This document shows positions 45,294-58,341 of a DNA stretch of 64,000 bases, piece by piece (within the stretch, counting starts at the first letter, position 1; every line of letters begins with the position of its first letter). The notes under the pieces were generated by a model. That model saw only the letters and a list, made by a program, of their open reading frames with translations. It was not told where the DNA came from and ran no database searches. The translations under genes were made by a program, and so were the position numbers. Source of the DNA: Eledone cirrhosa (Eukaryota); the NCBI GenBank assembly GCA_964016885.1, contig CAXHJY010000427.1:1-64000 (forward strand), given 5' to 3'.

Positions 45294-45521
45294 AATATGG
45301 TTTTATAAATATAGTTTCCATTTATTTAATATCGTATATATATATATATAGGCTCCGAAGATAATATTGACACATCTATTTATTTTTAATGGACTAATAT
45401 CGATTGATATTCAATATCATAACCTCAATGTCCACTTTTACTGACCAATATTTGAACAATTTGTTAGCCATTAAATATATATATGTATTCATAGATCTTT
45501 GTTGTTCTCTCTAGCATTTTA

Positions 45522-45557
<36 letters not shown>

Positions 45558-46013
45558 GAAATAGTATGTGAAATTATATTCAGCCATTTATGATAATTTA
45601 CTGTATTGTTTCATATTAATTATCAAATACTGCTGATGAAGGTACCAGATGTGTGTATATATTTTATTACACAATCGTCTGTTCGATGCATATATTCATG
45701 CTGAAGCTAAAAGCAAAATTTGTATTTATTTTAATATCTATTCTTTATTTAATTCCATGTTATTTCATTTGTATCACACTTTATTTGTATAGAGAAATAT
45801 TAGCTTTAAAATTGATGTATTTATATATATTTATATGTTTATAGATCCTTTTGGTAAATATTGCGCGAAAATATCTTATCGGTGTATTGAGGAATAGTTA
45901 TTAATGTCATACATATCTATTTGAGTTATGGCAAACCACTTCACTATTGGATGGACGTGCATGGCCACCGGGCATATCACAATAATTGCATAAATGCACC
46001 AATGACTGCGTAA

Positions 46014-46064
46014 GCATCTGACGAAGTCACATGAATAACCATGTAACAGAAATATATATAATGC
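46014..46064 (+). ncRNA. Type I hammerhead ribozyme motif, complete
   Basis: Stem I gcat/atgc, CTGACGA, stem II gtcacatg-aataac-catgtaac, GAAA-TATATA-TA; predicted cut after 46060. Confidence 0.75.
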
Positions 46065-46105
46065 AATAAACAATTATGGTGATTTAATCCCGTCTTAACT
46101 ACTAC

Positions 46106-46172
<67 letters not shown>

Positions 46173-46194
46173 TATGTGTGTGTGTGTGTGTGTG

Positions 46195-46231
<37 letters not shown>

Positions 46232-47963
46232 ACACACACACATATATATACTGGTGTGTACTCCAATATATGCGCATATATATGTAAAAACATTGATTAA
46301 TATTCTCTCTGTATTATACAGCTGTATGTGTGTGTGTATGTATGTATGTATGTATGGATGGATGGATGTGTGTGTGTATGTCTGTGTGGGATGTGTAGGT
46401 GTGTGTATGTGAATGTCTGTGTGGGGTGTGTATGTGTGTGTATGTGAATGGCTGTGTATGTACGTAAGTATGTTTGTATTTGCATGTACGTTTATGCGTG
46501 TATCTGCTCCTCTGCGTGTGTGTGAGTGTGTGAGTGTGTGCATGTGTGGGCGTGTGTGTGTGTGTGTGTGTGTGTGTGTTTAAGAATTATCAATTGTTAA
46601 CTCTGTGACATCACTTCCGGTTAGGTAACTGGCAATATTTGATCACCTGATATGAGTGTTTGGCTGGAAAGGCGGAGAAATTCTTGATGAAACATAAAAA
46701 GCTGAAAGTCGACAGCAGAAGTAATGGCCTAGTGGCGTAGTGGTGTGTTGGCATAGTGGTGTGGTGGCGTAGTGGTGTGGTGGTGTGCTGGTGTGGTGGC
46801 GTAGTGGCGTAGTCGCGTAGTGGCATGGTGGTGTGCTGGTGTGATGGTGTGGTGGTGTGGTGGTGTGGTGGTGTGGTGACGTTATGTCTTATGTGGTGGC
46901 GTGGTGCTATAGTAGCATGGTGGAATTATGACTTGTGGTGGTGGCGATGGTGGTGGTGGTGTGGTGCTATAGAAGCATGGTGGAATTATGACTTGTGATG
47001 GTGGTGGTGGTGGTGGTGATGGTGGTGGTGGTGGTGGTGGTATCGTGCTATAGAAGCATGGTGGAATTATGACTTGTGGTGGTGGTAGTTGTGGTGGTGG
47101 TGGTGTCCTGGTGCCGTGGTAGTGACCTGGTGGTGTAGTAGCGTGGTGAAATGGCGGTGTGGTGATTGACGCTATGTCTTGATGTTGTGGTGGTGGTGAG
47201 GTGTAGTAGTGGTGTGTGTGAAATGGTGGTGTGGTGGTAGTTCTCGTGATGTATTGACGTTGTTGTGGTGGTGTGGGGTAGCAATGGTTGTATTGAGATG
47301 GCGATGTGATGGTGTGGTGTAGTAGTCATGTGGTGGTGTGGTGTAGCAGTGGTGTGGTGTAGTAGTGATGAGGTGAAATGGCGGTGAGGTGGTGTGGGGT
47401 AGCAGTGGTGTGGTGAAATGGCGGTGTGCTTGGATATACTAATCTTATGGATATGATATCCTAACTGATCCCATTTAGCAAATATCCTTCGAAATTCTTC
47501 AGCTGACATTCTTGCCCCGCCACCCCCTCCTCCTTCTTCCTCCTCCACCTCCTCCTTCTTCTTCACCATCTGCATCATTATCATTATTATCATCATCACC
47601 ATCATCAATCAACATCATCACCATCATCACCATCACCATCACCATCATCATCATCATCACATATTACTTTTACATCTCGTTATTTTTTCTTTTATTTTTC
47701 ATTTTTCTTTCCTTTGAATATTTTCTTGTTTTCTTTTTTTTGTGTAGTTTTTTTCTGTAACTTTTTTTTTGTTTTCTCTTTACTATTTCTTTATTTATTT
47801 CTTGCGGGTTGGTGAGGTTATTTATCTCTAGTTAGGGGCGGATGGCCGGGTAGGGGAGGAGTTCGTCCGCCATTTTAACAGCTCTTGCTTTTGGGGGTTT
47901 CTTTTTCTGCTGCTGGGGTTCTACTTACCCTCCTCACCAAACAAGGATCTGATGTAGGATCCC

Positions 47964-48005
<42 letters not shown>

Positions 48006-48007
<2 letters not shown>

Positions 48008-48118
48008 CAAAGAGGGTGTTGTAAGAAACCAGGGGACCATGACGCACCAGAGTACTGTTCGGATCTAGCTGTCGAAACGGCCGGAACTCAGCCGTCGGGG
48101 TCCTGACTCTTTTCGCTA
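48006..48118. mobile_element. Family A element, rearranged
   Basis: Inverted distal tail joined to gttcggatctagctgtcgaaacgg...gccgtcggggtc. Confidence 0.75.
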
Positions 48119-48133
48119 TATATATATATATAT

Positions 48134-48526
48134 CTAGAGCTGGTAAAATTCCCGAGATCCATAGACGAGTTCTCTCCAACGGTCTCTGTCCCTCATTATC
48201 GCTGCCATGTCCTGCGTCTCCAAAAAACCAGTGTCTGTCCTTAAGAAATCAACATATGTTAACCTCAGTCTTCCTCTTCCAGTATGTCCATGCAGGGGCT
48301 CCCACAGGAGCACTGAGTGCAGTGTCAACTCTGGATGTCGGTGAGCATGTCCAGCTAACCTCAGTCTCCTCTGTGTCACTTTCGAGCTGACTTTTGGGAG
48401 GCTCCCGTAAAGCTCTGTGTTCTTCAACCTCAGTGTATACTGATTAATGTTCAGAGCCATCCTCAGCATTCTCGTGTAGCACCCATCCACCATCTGAGTG
48501 AGTTTCTTGGTCAGTATCCAAGTCTC

Positions 48527-48527
<1 letters not shown>
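48134..48527 (-). mobile_element. RTE-type LINE 3' fragment
   Basis: ETWILTK...DGCYTRMLRMALNI...RRLRLAGH...LLWEP...GRGR...MRDRDRWR; lies between (TA)n and (TATG)n. Confidence 0.85.
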
Positions 48528-48561
<34 letters not shown>

Positions 48562-48694
48562 TGTATGTATGTATGTATGTATGTATGTATATGCGTGTAC
48601 GCGAGTGCATGTTGGTATATCCTCGTGTTCACCAATGCCATGCGAATAGACATTGCAGAAGCCCATCGTTCATATATATATATATATATATATA

Positions 48695-48882
48695 TTTATT
48701 AAAATAACAGATTAAAGTTTAAGCAAAGAAGATCCCGTTAAGGGTGAAAGCAGCGATTCTTTACTTAAACTTTAATCTGTTATTTTAATAAATATTTGCT
48801 CTACGGTTCTTATATATTTGATATATATTTATCCTTATCGAGCCCTCTTTGGATTTAGTCTTCAAATTTATTAGTATTACTA
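48695..48882 (+). mobile_element. Family B fold-back element (most complete copy)
   Basis: Inverted arm + gatcccgttaagggtGAAAgcagcgattcttt...tcgagccctctttggatttagtcttcaaattt; fragments at 6066-6124, 6162-6210, 6506-6550, 23968-24014, 34340-34426, 39691-39790, almost all abutting (TA)n. Confidence 0.75.
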
Positions 48883-48944
48883 TATATATATATATATATA
48901 TACACGTGTGTGTGTGAGTATTATCATTATCTGTTCACGTTCGT

Positions 48945-49310
48945 ACTACATTTATCGACACCGGAAGGATGAAGGGCAAAATTGTCCTCGGTGTGTTTGA
49001 AGTCAGAACCGTAAAGAACAGGAATACTTAAGCATTTTCGCCGACGTTCTAATTATTCTGACAACCGACCACCGTCTGAAACCTGTAAAATAATGGTTTC
49101 TTATATAGGCACAAGGCCAGTAATTTGGGTGAAGGGAAAATCGATTAAATCGACCCCAGTGCGTGACTGGTACTTTATTTTATCGACCCCCGTAAGGATG
49201 AAAAGCAAAGTTAACCTAGGCGGGATTTGACCTCAGATCATAAAGGGCCATAACTCTATGCTGCAAAGCATGGCATCCGACTCTCTACCGATATTGCCAA
49301 TCCACCGCCC
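48945..49310 (-). mobile_element. Two adjacent S2 SINE copies (one diverged, one full length)
   Basis: 48945-49075 diverged and 49093-49310 well matched to 4545-4734. Confidence 0.8.
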
Positions 49311-49362
49311 TGGAAACCTGTAAATTAATTTTTATAAAAAGCTTATGTAAAGGTAACCTTAC

Positions 49363-49594
49363 CTGCTGAGACCAACAGTGGTCCAGGTTCTAATGGCATC
49401 TGGAACTGGGCAGCACCGAGTACGAACAACTCCCGCCAGCCTTCTTCAAGAAGAAGAAACTGGTCTAAAGACGGTAGACTAAAAAAGGCCGGAATACTTT
49501 TCACCCATTTCACACTCATAAATAGCAGCCGAGCCGCCGTTTCACAAATAGCTTCTGGGTTGCTGAAGTACGTTTGCATAAGTTCATGTGGATA
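49363..49594 (-). CDS. NR2E1: Tailless/TLX nuclear receptor, LBD exon (helices 3-5)
   Basis: [37 protein letters not shown]...[24 protein letters not shown]...LLVSA; joins previous exon as PTPK|YPHE, the TLX-specific motif. Acceptor cctttcag, donor G|gtaagg; 232 nt, phase 0 to 1. Confidence 0.96.
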
Positions 49595-49619
49595 CTGAAA
49601 GGAAAATAATGATAATAAT

Positions 49620-50171
49620 AATTGTTTCTACTTTTGGCACAAGGCCAGCAATTATCCCAGTGCATTACTGGTACTTTATTTCATCGGCCCCATAAGGATG
49701 AAAGGCAAAGTTAACCTCGGCGGGATTTGAACTCAGATCATGATAATAATAATTGTTTCTACTTTAGGCACAAGGCCAGCAATAACCCAGTGCCTTACTG
49801 GTACTTTATTTTATCGCACCCGTAAGGATGAAAGGCAAAGTCAACCTCGGCGGGACTTGAACTCAGATCGTAAAGGGACGTAACTATGCTAGAAAGCATG
49901 GCGTCCATGATTTCATTTCTTGGCCTCAAGGGCCGACATATAGGGGACAATACAAAGACAGTGTGGGGTTTACAATAAGCTCGAGTAAAAGTGCACAATG
50001 GTAAAACTAATTTAACAATGAAAATATAAAGATATAAAATAAACTAATAACAAATAATAATTGTTTCTACTTTTGGCACAAAGCCAGCAAATAAACCAGT
50101 GTATTACTGGTACTTTATTTTATCGACCCCGTAAGGATGAAAGGCAAAGTTAACCTCGGCGAGATTTGAAC
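49620..50171 (-). mobile_element. Three S2 SINE copies (about 49620-49741, 49751-49907, 50059-50171)
   Basis: Each begins aattgtttctact.t.ggcacaa and carries the core; all truncated in the tRNA head. Confidence 0.85.
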
Positions 50172-50888
50172 GTTGTTATTGTTGTTATTGTTGTGATTGT
50201 TGTTGTTGCTGCTGTTGTTATTGTTGTTGTTATTGTGGTTGTTATTGTTGTTGCTGTTGTTATTGTTGTTGTTATAGTAGTCGTTGTCGTGGTTGTAGAT
50301 GTCGTTGTTGTTGTTGTCGTTGTTGTCGATGTCGTTATTGTTGTTGTTGTCATTGTTTGTTGCTGTTGTTGTTGTTGTTGTTGTTGTTGTCGTTGTTGTT
50401 GTTGTTATAGTCGTAGTTGTGGTTGTTGTAGATGCCGTTATTGTTGTTGTTAATGCCACCGCCGCCGACGTCTATTGTATGTAGTATAAGCTGTTGTATG
50501 AATGGTGACTAATACGGTGGATCACTTCAGATCGTGTGAGCGGCGTTTGACCACAACAGCCGCCGCAACAAACGGCACCATCTTAAGATGACCGCCCCAT
50601 AACCCTAACACAAACCACTCAGCTCCATCCTTCTTGTTACATCTCTCTCTCTCAACGTTACTCTGTTTCCAGATCTCTCCCCCTCTCTCTCTATCTCTTT
50701 CTCTATCTCTCTCTCTCACTCACGCTGTCCCCGCCTCTCTCTCTCTCTCTCGCTGTCTCTCTCATTATGTCTCCCTCACTCTCTCTCTTCTCTCTCTCTC
50801 ACTCTGACTTCGTCTCACTCTCACTCTCACCCTGTCTCTCTATCTCACTCTCTCTCTTTCACTTTGTCTCCGCCTCTCTCTCTCTCTC

Positions 50889-50947
<59 letters not shown>

Positions 50948-51067
50948 CACTCACTCCCGCTGTCCCCGCCTCTCTCTCTCTCTCGCTGTCTCTATCATTC
51001 TGTCTCCGTCTCTCTCTCTCTTTCTCTCTCTCTCTGACTCCGTCTCTCTCTCTCTCTCTCAGACTCC

Positions 51068-51147
<80 letters not shown>

Positions 51148-51743
51148 CTCTCACTTTGTCTCCGTCTCTCTCTCTCTCTCCCTCCCTGTAACTCCTCCTA
51201 CTAGTCATACTCACAAACATCACACAAACGGAAGATATATAGAAAAGTGAAAGTAGATAATATATACACATATACACATATACATATATACATACATTAC
51301 ATACACACATTACATACACACACATTACATACACTACACACACACACACACACACTACACACACACACACACAACTCGACACACACGCAACAGGAAAAAC
51401 AAACCTTGAGTGATGATAATGATGATGATGATAATGATAATGATAATGATGATGATGATGATGATGATAATGGTGATGATGATGATGATGACGACGATCA
51501 CGATGCTGATAACGATGACAGACAGACATGCGTATATATTTACATATTTACATATTTATAGCAGTGGTGTTGGGTCCTGGTTTAAGCGGAAGATGTGATA
51601 AATAGTTAATTAAAAGTAAGGATATTTATACTTTAGAAAGAAACAACACCAACTACAACAACAACAACAACAGTATATATAACATATTCTAAGGGACTAC
51701 TGAATAACAAATCAGATAAGGGGTGCCTATGTATGCATTATAC

Positions 51744-51821
<78 letters not shown>

Positions 51822-51822
51822 C

Positions 51823-51891
<69 letters not shown>

Positions 51892-51988
51892 TATATGTAT
51901 ATATATGTATATATATGTGTGTATATATATATATTTATATATATATATATGCGTATATATATATACAGACATATATATAATATATATA

Positions 51989-52114
<126 letters not shown>

Positions 52115-52141
52115 GGAGAAAGTATGACCACAACTCCTTGG

Positions 52142-52280
<139 letters not shown>

Positions 52281-52363
52281 AACAGAAGGGATATTCAATT
52301 TGTTGGTAATTCAACAAATATAAATATCCTTGGTTATGTCAAAATTTATAAAACACACTTCGT

Positions 52364-52424
52364 CTTTTATCTGATGAGAGCGTACCAAAATGTTGGTACC
52401 CTTGAATAATATATAATAGAATAA
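52364..52424 (+). ncRNA. Hammerhead motif (family E), mutated core
   Basis: CTGATGA and stem II as at 20253 but GAAA reads GAAT. Confidence 0.6.
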
Positions 52425-52818
52425 ATATGGTTTTATAAATATAGTTTCCATTTATTTAATATCATTGTATATATATATATATAGTTTTAATATCGATGTT
52501 GTATTTTATCACAGCAATCAACGGATTATGGCGTAATCGAGCTGAAGCATTCCACCTCAGCTGCATCTATCTAAGTAAGATTTGGTGTCAGATAGAACGG
52601 TGTTCATTGCTAGATCAAAGGTCATGGTGAAGGCCTCTATGATCAGATGCATTCCAGCTGTTACAATCCTGTCTTTTTTTCGGTTTATATCTAGTACCCA
52701 ATTACCCAATATACCGTTCACGCGTTTAATACTATGCTATATGATTTGAGGGAGATTTGGTAGCTATTACTAGCCGATGAAGTGACGACATAAGAGTCCC
52801 ATGTTTTTGTTGACATAC

Positions 52819-53042
52819 CTTAGGGGTTGGTTGGCATATAATTCCATTGGTTACTTGGGGTGACTCGACGGCGCTCACAGTAATTCCATCGTTCATGTGT
52901 TCGAATGGTACTAATGCTGGTAAGAATTGATTTCGGAATGGGTTGGATGGTAATGAAGAGGCTAATTCACTGGTTTCTTTCAAATACATCGCCACCTGGC
53001 GTCGAATCGTCGAGTTACGTGGCCCTCGCTCATGTTGGACAG
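52819..53042 (-). CDS. NR2E1: Tailless/TLX nuclear receptor, hinge exon (first of four exons in the window)
   Basis: Translates (A)VQHERGPRNSTIRRQVAMYLKE...ICQPTPK; AVQHERGPR is the NR2E T-box that follows the zinc fingers. Acceptor tttcgtag, donor AAG|gtatgt; 224 nt, phase 1 to phase 0. Confidence 0.95.
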
Positions 53043-53187
53043 CTACGAAACAGAAAAAAGACAAACAAAATATGTTTAGTTTGAATCAACAAATATACAT
53101 GTAAATTGTTATATATATTATAAAAACCCACAGAAATGGAAAAATTCTCTGCTGTTTGTACACAAAAGCTGAAAAGGCTTTGTATCT

Positions 53188-53229
<42 letters not shown>

Positions 53230-53232
<3 letters not shown>

Positions 53233-53512
53233 ATAGTTCACTTGAAGCATTGTGTAATGAGGTATAAACGTTTGCATATGTATAATAAAGCCAAAACAAT
53301 GCAGGTATGGACATAGAATAAAGAATGCAAATGCAAAAGATATTGTTGTCAATTAGTCTTTTACCTTAGATTAAATAAATCTAAGGTAAAAGACTAATTG
53401 TCAACAATATCTTTTGCATTTGCATTCTTTATTCTATGTCCATACCTGCATTGTTTTGGCTTTATTATACATATACAAACGTTTATACCTCATTACACAA
53501 TGCTTCAAGTGA

Positions 53513-53520
<8 letters not shown>
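53230..53520. repeat. Near-perfect inverted repeat, about 143-bp arms
   Basis: Same 'ORF' appears on both strands in the track; centre ccttagatt-aaata-aatctaagg; only a few mismatches; (TA)n both sides. Confidence 0.95.
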
Positions 53521-53556
<36 letters not shown>

Positions 53557-55607
53557 GTGCATATGTGGAAAAGTAAGTGGAAAACAACATAGCAAAACAA
53601 TACAGTACATTGTTGAAATATATTAGTTTAACGTTTGATATATTAGTAAAAAGAATCCACACTACCACCAAACCATAAAACCACACCACACTGCAGGACC
53701 ACATTAAAGACCACACCATACTACAGAGAAAACCACAACTAACCCACAGGACAAGCTACACCACAAACCACAACTCCACTCCACTATACCACAGCACACC
53801 ACAGCACAAACCACACCACACCACCACATCACAGACAACACCACAAACCACAGCAATTATTCCAACTGTCAAACAATCAAACAAAGCTACATTTATCAGA
53901 AGCTCTATAAATCTTGATGTTGTTGTTATTGTTGTTGTTGTTGTTGTTATTGTTGTTGTTGTTGTTGCTCGTGTTGTTGTTGTTGTTGTTGTTGTTATTG
54001 TTGTTGTTTTTGTTGTCATTGTTGTTGTTATTGTTGTTGTTGCTGCTGTCCTTAGTTGAGAAACGTGCAACTCGTATGCATTTATCTTCATCTTTTGCAC
54101 ATGGCACATCAAGACCATTTCTCACTCCCCACTATCATTACCACCACCACCACTACTACTACCACCACTACCACCACTACCACCACCACTATCATTACCA
54201 CATCACCCCCACCAATACTACTACCATCACCACCACCAAGACCATCAACACCACTATCATTACCACATCACCTCCACCACTACCACCACCAGCACCACCA
54301 CTATCATTACCACATCACCTCCACCACTACTATTACCACCAATACCATCATCACCATAACACAACCACCACCACCACCATCATCACTCCACCACCAACAA
54401 CAACAACAACAATAGCAATAATATCAACACCATCACAGCCACCACAACACCACACCACACCATACTATACCACACTACACAACACCACACCACACCACAC
54501 TACACCACACCACACTACACCATACCACACAACACCACACAACACCACACCACATCACACCACACCACACTACACTATACAACACCACACCACACTACAC
54601 CACATCACACCACACCACACCATACCATACCACACCACACTACACCACACAACACCACTCTACACCACACCACACCCTACCTCACCACACAACACCCCAC
54701 CTCACCACACCAAACCTAAACTTTCTACATGTCGTTGATCGAGGAGTTTTTCTCAGTAGTATAGACACACGTTACAAACGCCATCACTAACTTCCGCTTA
54801 CGTGACGTCATACAATCGCCATGCTTCGTCACTACCGGACAACCATTTTGTTTCGCCTTATTCCACTTCTTTCATTCTCATTTATTTATTTATATAATTA
54901 TTCATTTGTTTATATATTCATTTGTTTAATTATTTTTTCTTTAATTATTTGTTTAATTATTTATTTATTTATTTATATATTTATATATTTATTTAATTAT
55001 TTGTTTATTTATTTAATTATTTATTTATTTTTGTCATTCGCTCTGTATTATTATTCTTATGTTTGTATATATTCGTCTTGTCTTCTTATGTCTATGTTGT
55101 TGTTGCTGCTGTTCACGTTGTTGCAATTTTTATTGTTGTTGGTGTTATTTCTGTTGTTGTTGTTGCTGTTTTTGTTGCTGCTGTTGGTTTTATTGTTATT
55201 GTTATTGTTGTTGCTGTTGGTCACGTTGTTGCTTTTGTTATTGTTGCTGCTGCTATTGTTGGTGTTGTTGTTGCTGCTGTTTTTGTTGCTGCTGTTGGTG
55301 TTATTGTTATTGTTGTTGTTGCTGGTGTTATTTCTGTTGTTGTTGCTGCTGGTTTTGTTACTGCTGCTGCTGCTGTTGTTGTTTCTGCTGTTTTTGTTGC
55401 TGTTGTTGCTTCCGCTGTTAGTTTTATTTCTGTTGTTGTTGTTGGTTTAGTTTCTCTATTTGCTATTCCTTCTCTGCAGTAGAATGTTCTAGCTATTGTT
55501 GTTGCGGTCTTCGACAATTTCCGTCGTTGACAAATACCATTGTCTCAAAATGACCATTTCCTTTCTCGACTTACTTTTGAAACATCCCACCTCATTACTC
55601 TCTTTCC

Positions 55608-55700
<93 letters not shown>

Positions 55701-56296
55701 CGTGTATATATATTTATATATGTGTGTGTACTATCTGTCTATCTATCTATAGCATAGTTCTGTTACTATTTCAATATCGTTATCAACATGATAATGATGA
55801 TGATAATGATAATGATGATGATAATGATGACGATGGTGAAAATTATAATGATGATGATGATGACGACGATAATGATGATGATGATGATGATGATGATAAA
55901 GACAACTCTAAACCAATGCTCCAGTGAATCTATTGTCTACCATTTCCCCTTCTTTCCTCTTTTCATCTCTCTCCACTTAAATATACTATTTCTTTTCCCG
56001 ACAACCCCCCTCTCTCTTTCACTTCCTCTCCCTTTCTCTCCCAATATCTTTCTCTCCCCCTCTCTTTCACTTCCTCTCTCTTTCTCCCCTTTCTCCTCCT
56101 TTCTATTTTCTCCCTCTCTCTTTCTCTCCACCCCCCCCCCCTTCCTCACCCTTTCTCTCCCTCTCTCTTTCTTCCACCCCTCGCTAATACTGTTCAGGTT
56201 AGCTTTGCCTTTCGTCCCAACTTACATATCTATCTATCTACCTATCTATCTACCTATCTATCTACCTATCTATCTATCTACCTATCTATCTACCTA

Positions 56297-58243
56297 TTGG
56301 ATCAATCTAAGGCGTTCGATAGGGTCGACCATGGTTACCTGGATGCGGTGCTAGCGGCGGCAGGCTTCGGACCCGTTTTCAGGGGCTGGATCACTGCTAT
56401 GCACAGCAGCCGCATCTGCTCTAGGGTCAAGGTGAACGGCTACCTCTCGGAGCCGTTCAAAATCGCGCGGTCCATCCGACAAGGGTGCCCTCTCTCCTCC
56501 CTTCTGTATGTGTTGACTCTCGAGCCACTACTGCGGAAGTTGGAGTTGTTGCAGGGCATCCCTTTGGAACCGGGATTGCGGAAAGCGGTGTCGGCCTACG
56601 CCGATGACGTGACAGTAATGGTGTCGACGGCCTCCGAAATCGAGGCGGTCGGCACCTTACTGGAGGAGTACGAAAAGTTCACAGGGGCTAAGCTGAACCG
56701 GGACAAGTCGATCGGTTTGCAACTCGGCACGTGGAGGGGCAGACCGATGCCCTCCGATGGCGTCGTCGGACGCTGGACGGAGGGCTCGGTGAAGTTGCTC
56801 GGGGTCTGGTTCGGACCGGACCTCCAGGTGGAGAAAAACTGGGCGGAGGTTACGAACAGGGTGTTTGCACTGACCCAGAAGTGGGCCAGTTGCAAACTAT
56901 CCCTGAAAGGTCGGGCGGAGGTGGCGAACACCTACATAGCGTCCGTCATCTACTACCGCCTGACCGTAGTGCCCTGCCCAAGGGAAACCCTCACCAAGAT
57001 GGAGCGCGCGCTCTTCCAATTCCTTTGGAAGAGGCGGGCTCCTATGGTGAGGAGATCCATCTGCTGTCATACCCTTCGAAAGGAGGGCTGGGGATGCCGT
57101 GGCTAATGATGCGTAAACACGCATTAAGGCTACGGCACCTCTACGTATTCCTCACCGGACAACCGGTGTGGGCCTCGTTTGTGAGACGAACCTTTCCCAG
57201 ACTCGTCTCACTCACCGAGCTGCAATCCTGGGTCAAGCAAAGACCGAGAAAACTGGGCGACTGGCACACTGAGTGTGCCCAGGCGCTCACCGCCCTCTGG
57301 CAGGCGGATCCGGTTATCAGTGGAGACTCCACCGCAACATTCTATAGAGGGCTGGTACGCAGCAGGTGCGACGACGCCCTCGGAGAAGCCCTAGACATGG
57401 AGGAGGACGAACTGGCCAGCCTGTTCGGTAGGACATTCAGCCCGGGACCTATGGACAACTTCCAGAAGTCCCTGGCCTGGCAGTGCTACCGAGGGACTTT
57501 ACCCGTTCGAGAAAGGCTCTACAGACACGGGCGCCCGGGTAGGGACCCCGCCAAAAAGATCTGTCCCAGATGCGTGTGCGACGAGGAAACCGTTGCACAC
57601 GCATTGGTACACTGCTCGGGCGTAGCCGATCTGTGGGGCTATGTCGAACAACTGCTGTCAAGGGTGGGACCGATCCGGTTGACCACCGAGTCTATTGTAA
57701 TGATCAAGCCGCCTCCCCCCTTCAAAGATGAAGCAGAGGCGGTGTTTCTGTGCGTAATAGCCATGGCGAAAGAGATTGTATGGTGGACGCGTCTGAAAGG
57801 ACTGAGGTCAGGCACCTTTCTCTCTGGCCAACAACTGGTCCGTTTCTTCCGTTATCATTTCGGAAGAAGGATCAGGATGGAGAGAGAGGTGCTGCACCCC
57901 AGCCGTTTCTATGAAAGATGGGTGAAAGTGGCGAGAATGGCCCGTGTGAATGGGCCTTCACTCTACATCAGACTATAGGTGAGGAAGATGAAAGACCAAG
58001 GGAGCACCCCTTCTCTGTGCTCCTGAGGAGAAGGGTTGCACACTTTTTTCGGGGGTGTGTGCGACCCCCCCAAGGCGCCTCCTCTCTATTGAGGATTTTG
58101 TTATAAATTTTATTTTTTGTTATATCTTATTTTATTTTTATATTTTGTTATTGCCTCCTCCTTATTGAGGACGCCTTTTTGTGTAAACTCCCCCCTTTGT
58201 ACTTGTCCCACTTTTGATGCCCTAGTGGCAAATAAAAGAAACA
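56297..58243 (+). mobile_element. Tx1/L1-clade non-LTR retrotransposon, 5'-truncated ORF2 plus 3' UTR
   Basis: DQSKAFDRVDH, IRQGCPLS, AYADD, KLLGVWF, GGLGMP and C-terminal CPRC..EETVAHALVHC knuckle; one frameshift near 57070-57075; AATAAA then short A-rich tail; flanked by (CTAT)n. Confidence 0.93.
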
Positions 58244-58341
58244 TATCTATCTACCTATCTATCTATATACCTATCTATCTATATACCTATCTATCTATCT
58301 ATCAATCTATCTATCAATCTATCTACCTATCTATCTACCTA

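Noticed and set aside
45630-45710. CTGATGA followed by a weak hairpin
   Set aside because: No GAAA-stem III-UH; same for 18746 and 31541.
47915-47945. Strong donor-like GGGTAAGT on the minus strand within an intron
   Set aside because: No plausible acceptor or frame; flanking exons already join in phase with no gap in the protein.
58018-58055. CTGAGGA plus hairpin in the Tx1 3' UTR
   Set aside because: No GAAA after the stem; not a hammerhead.
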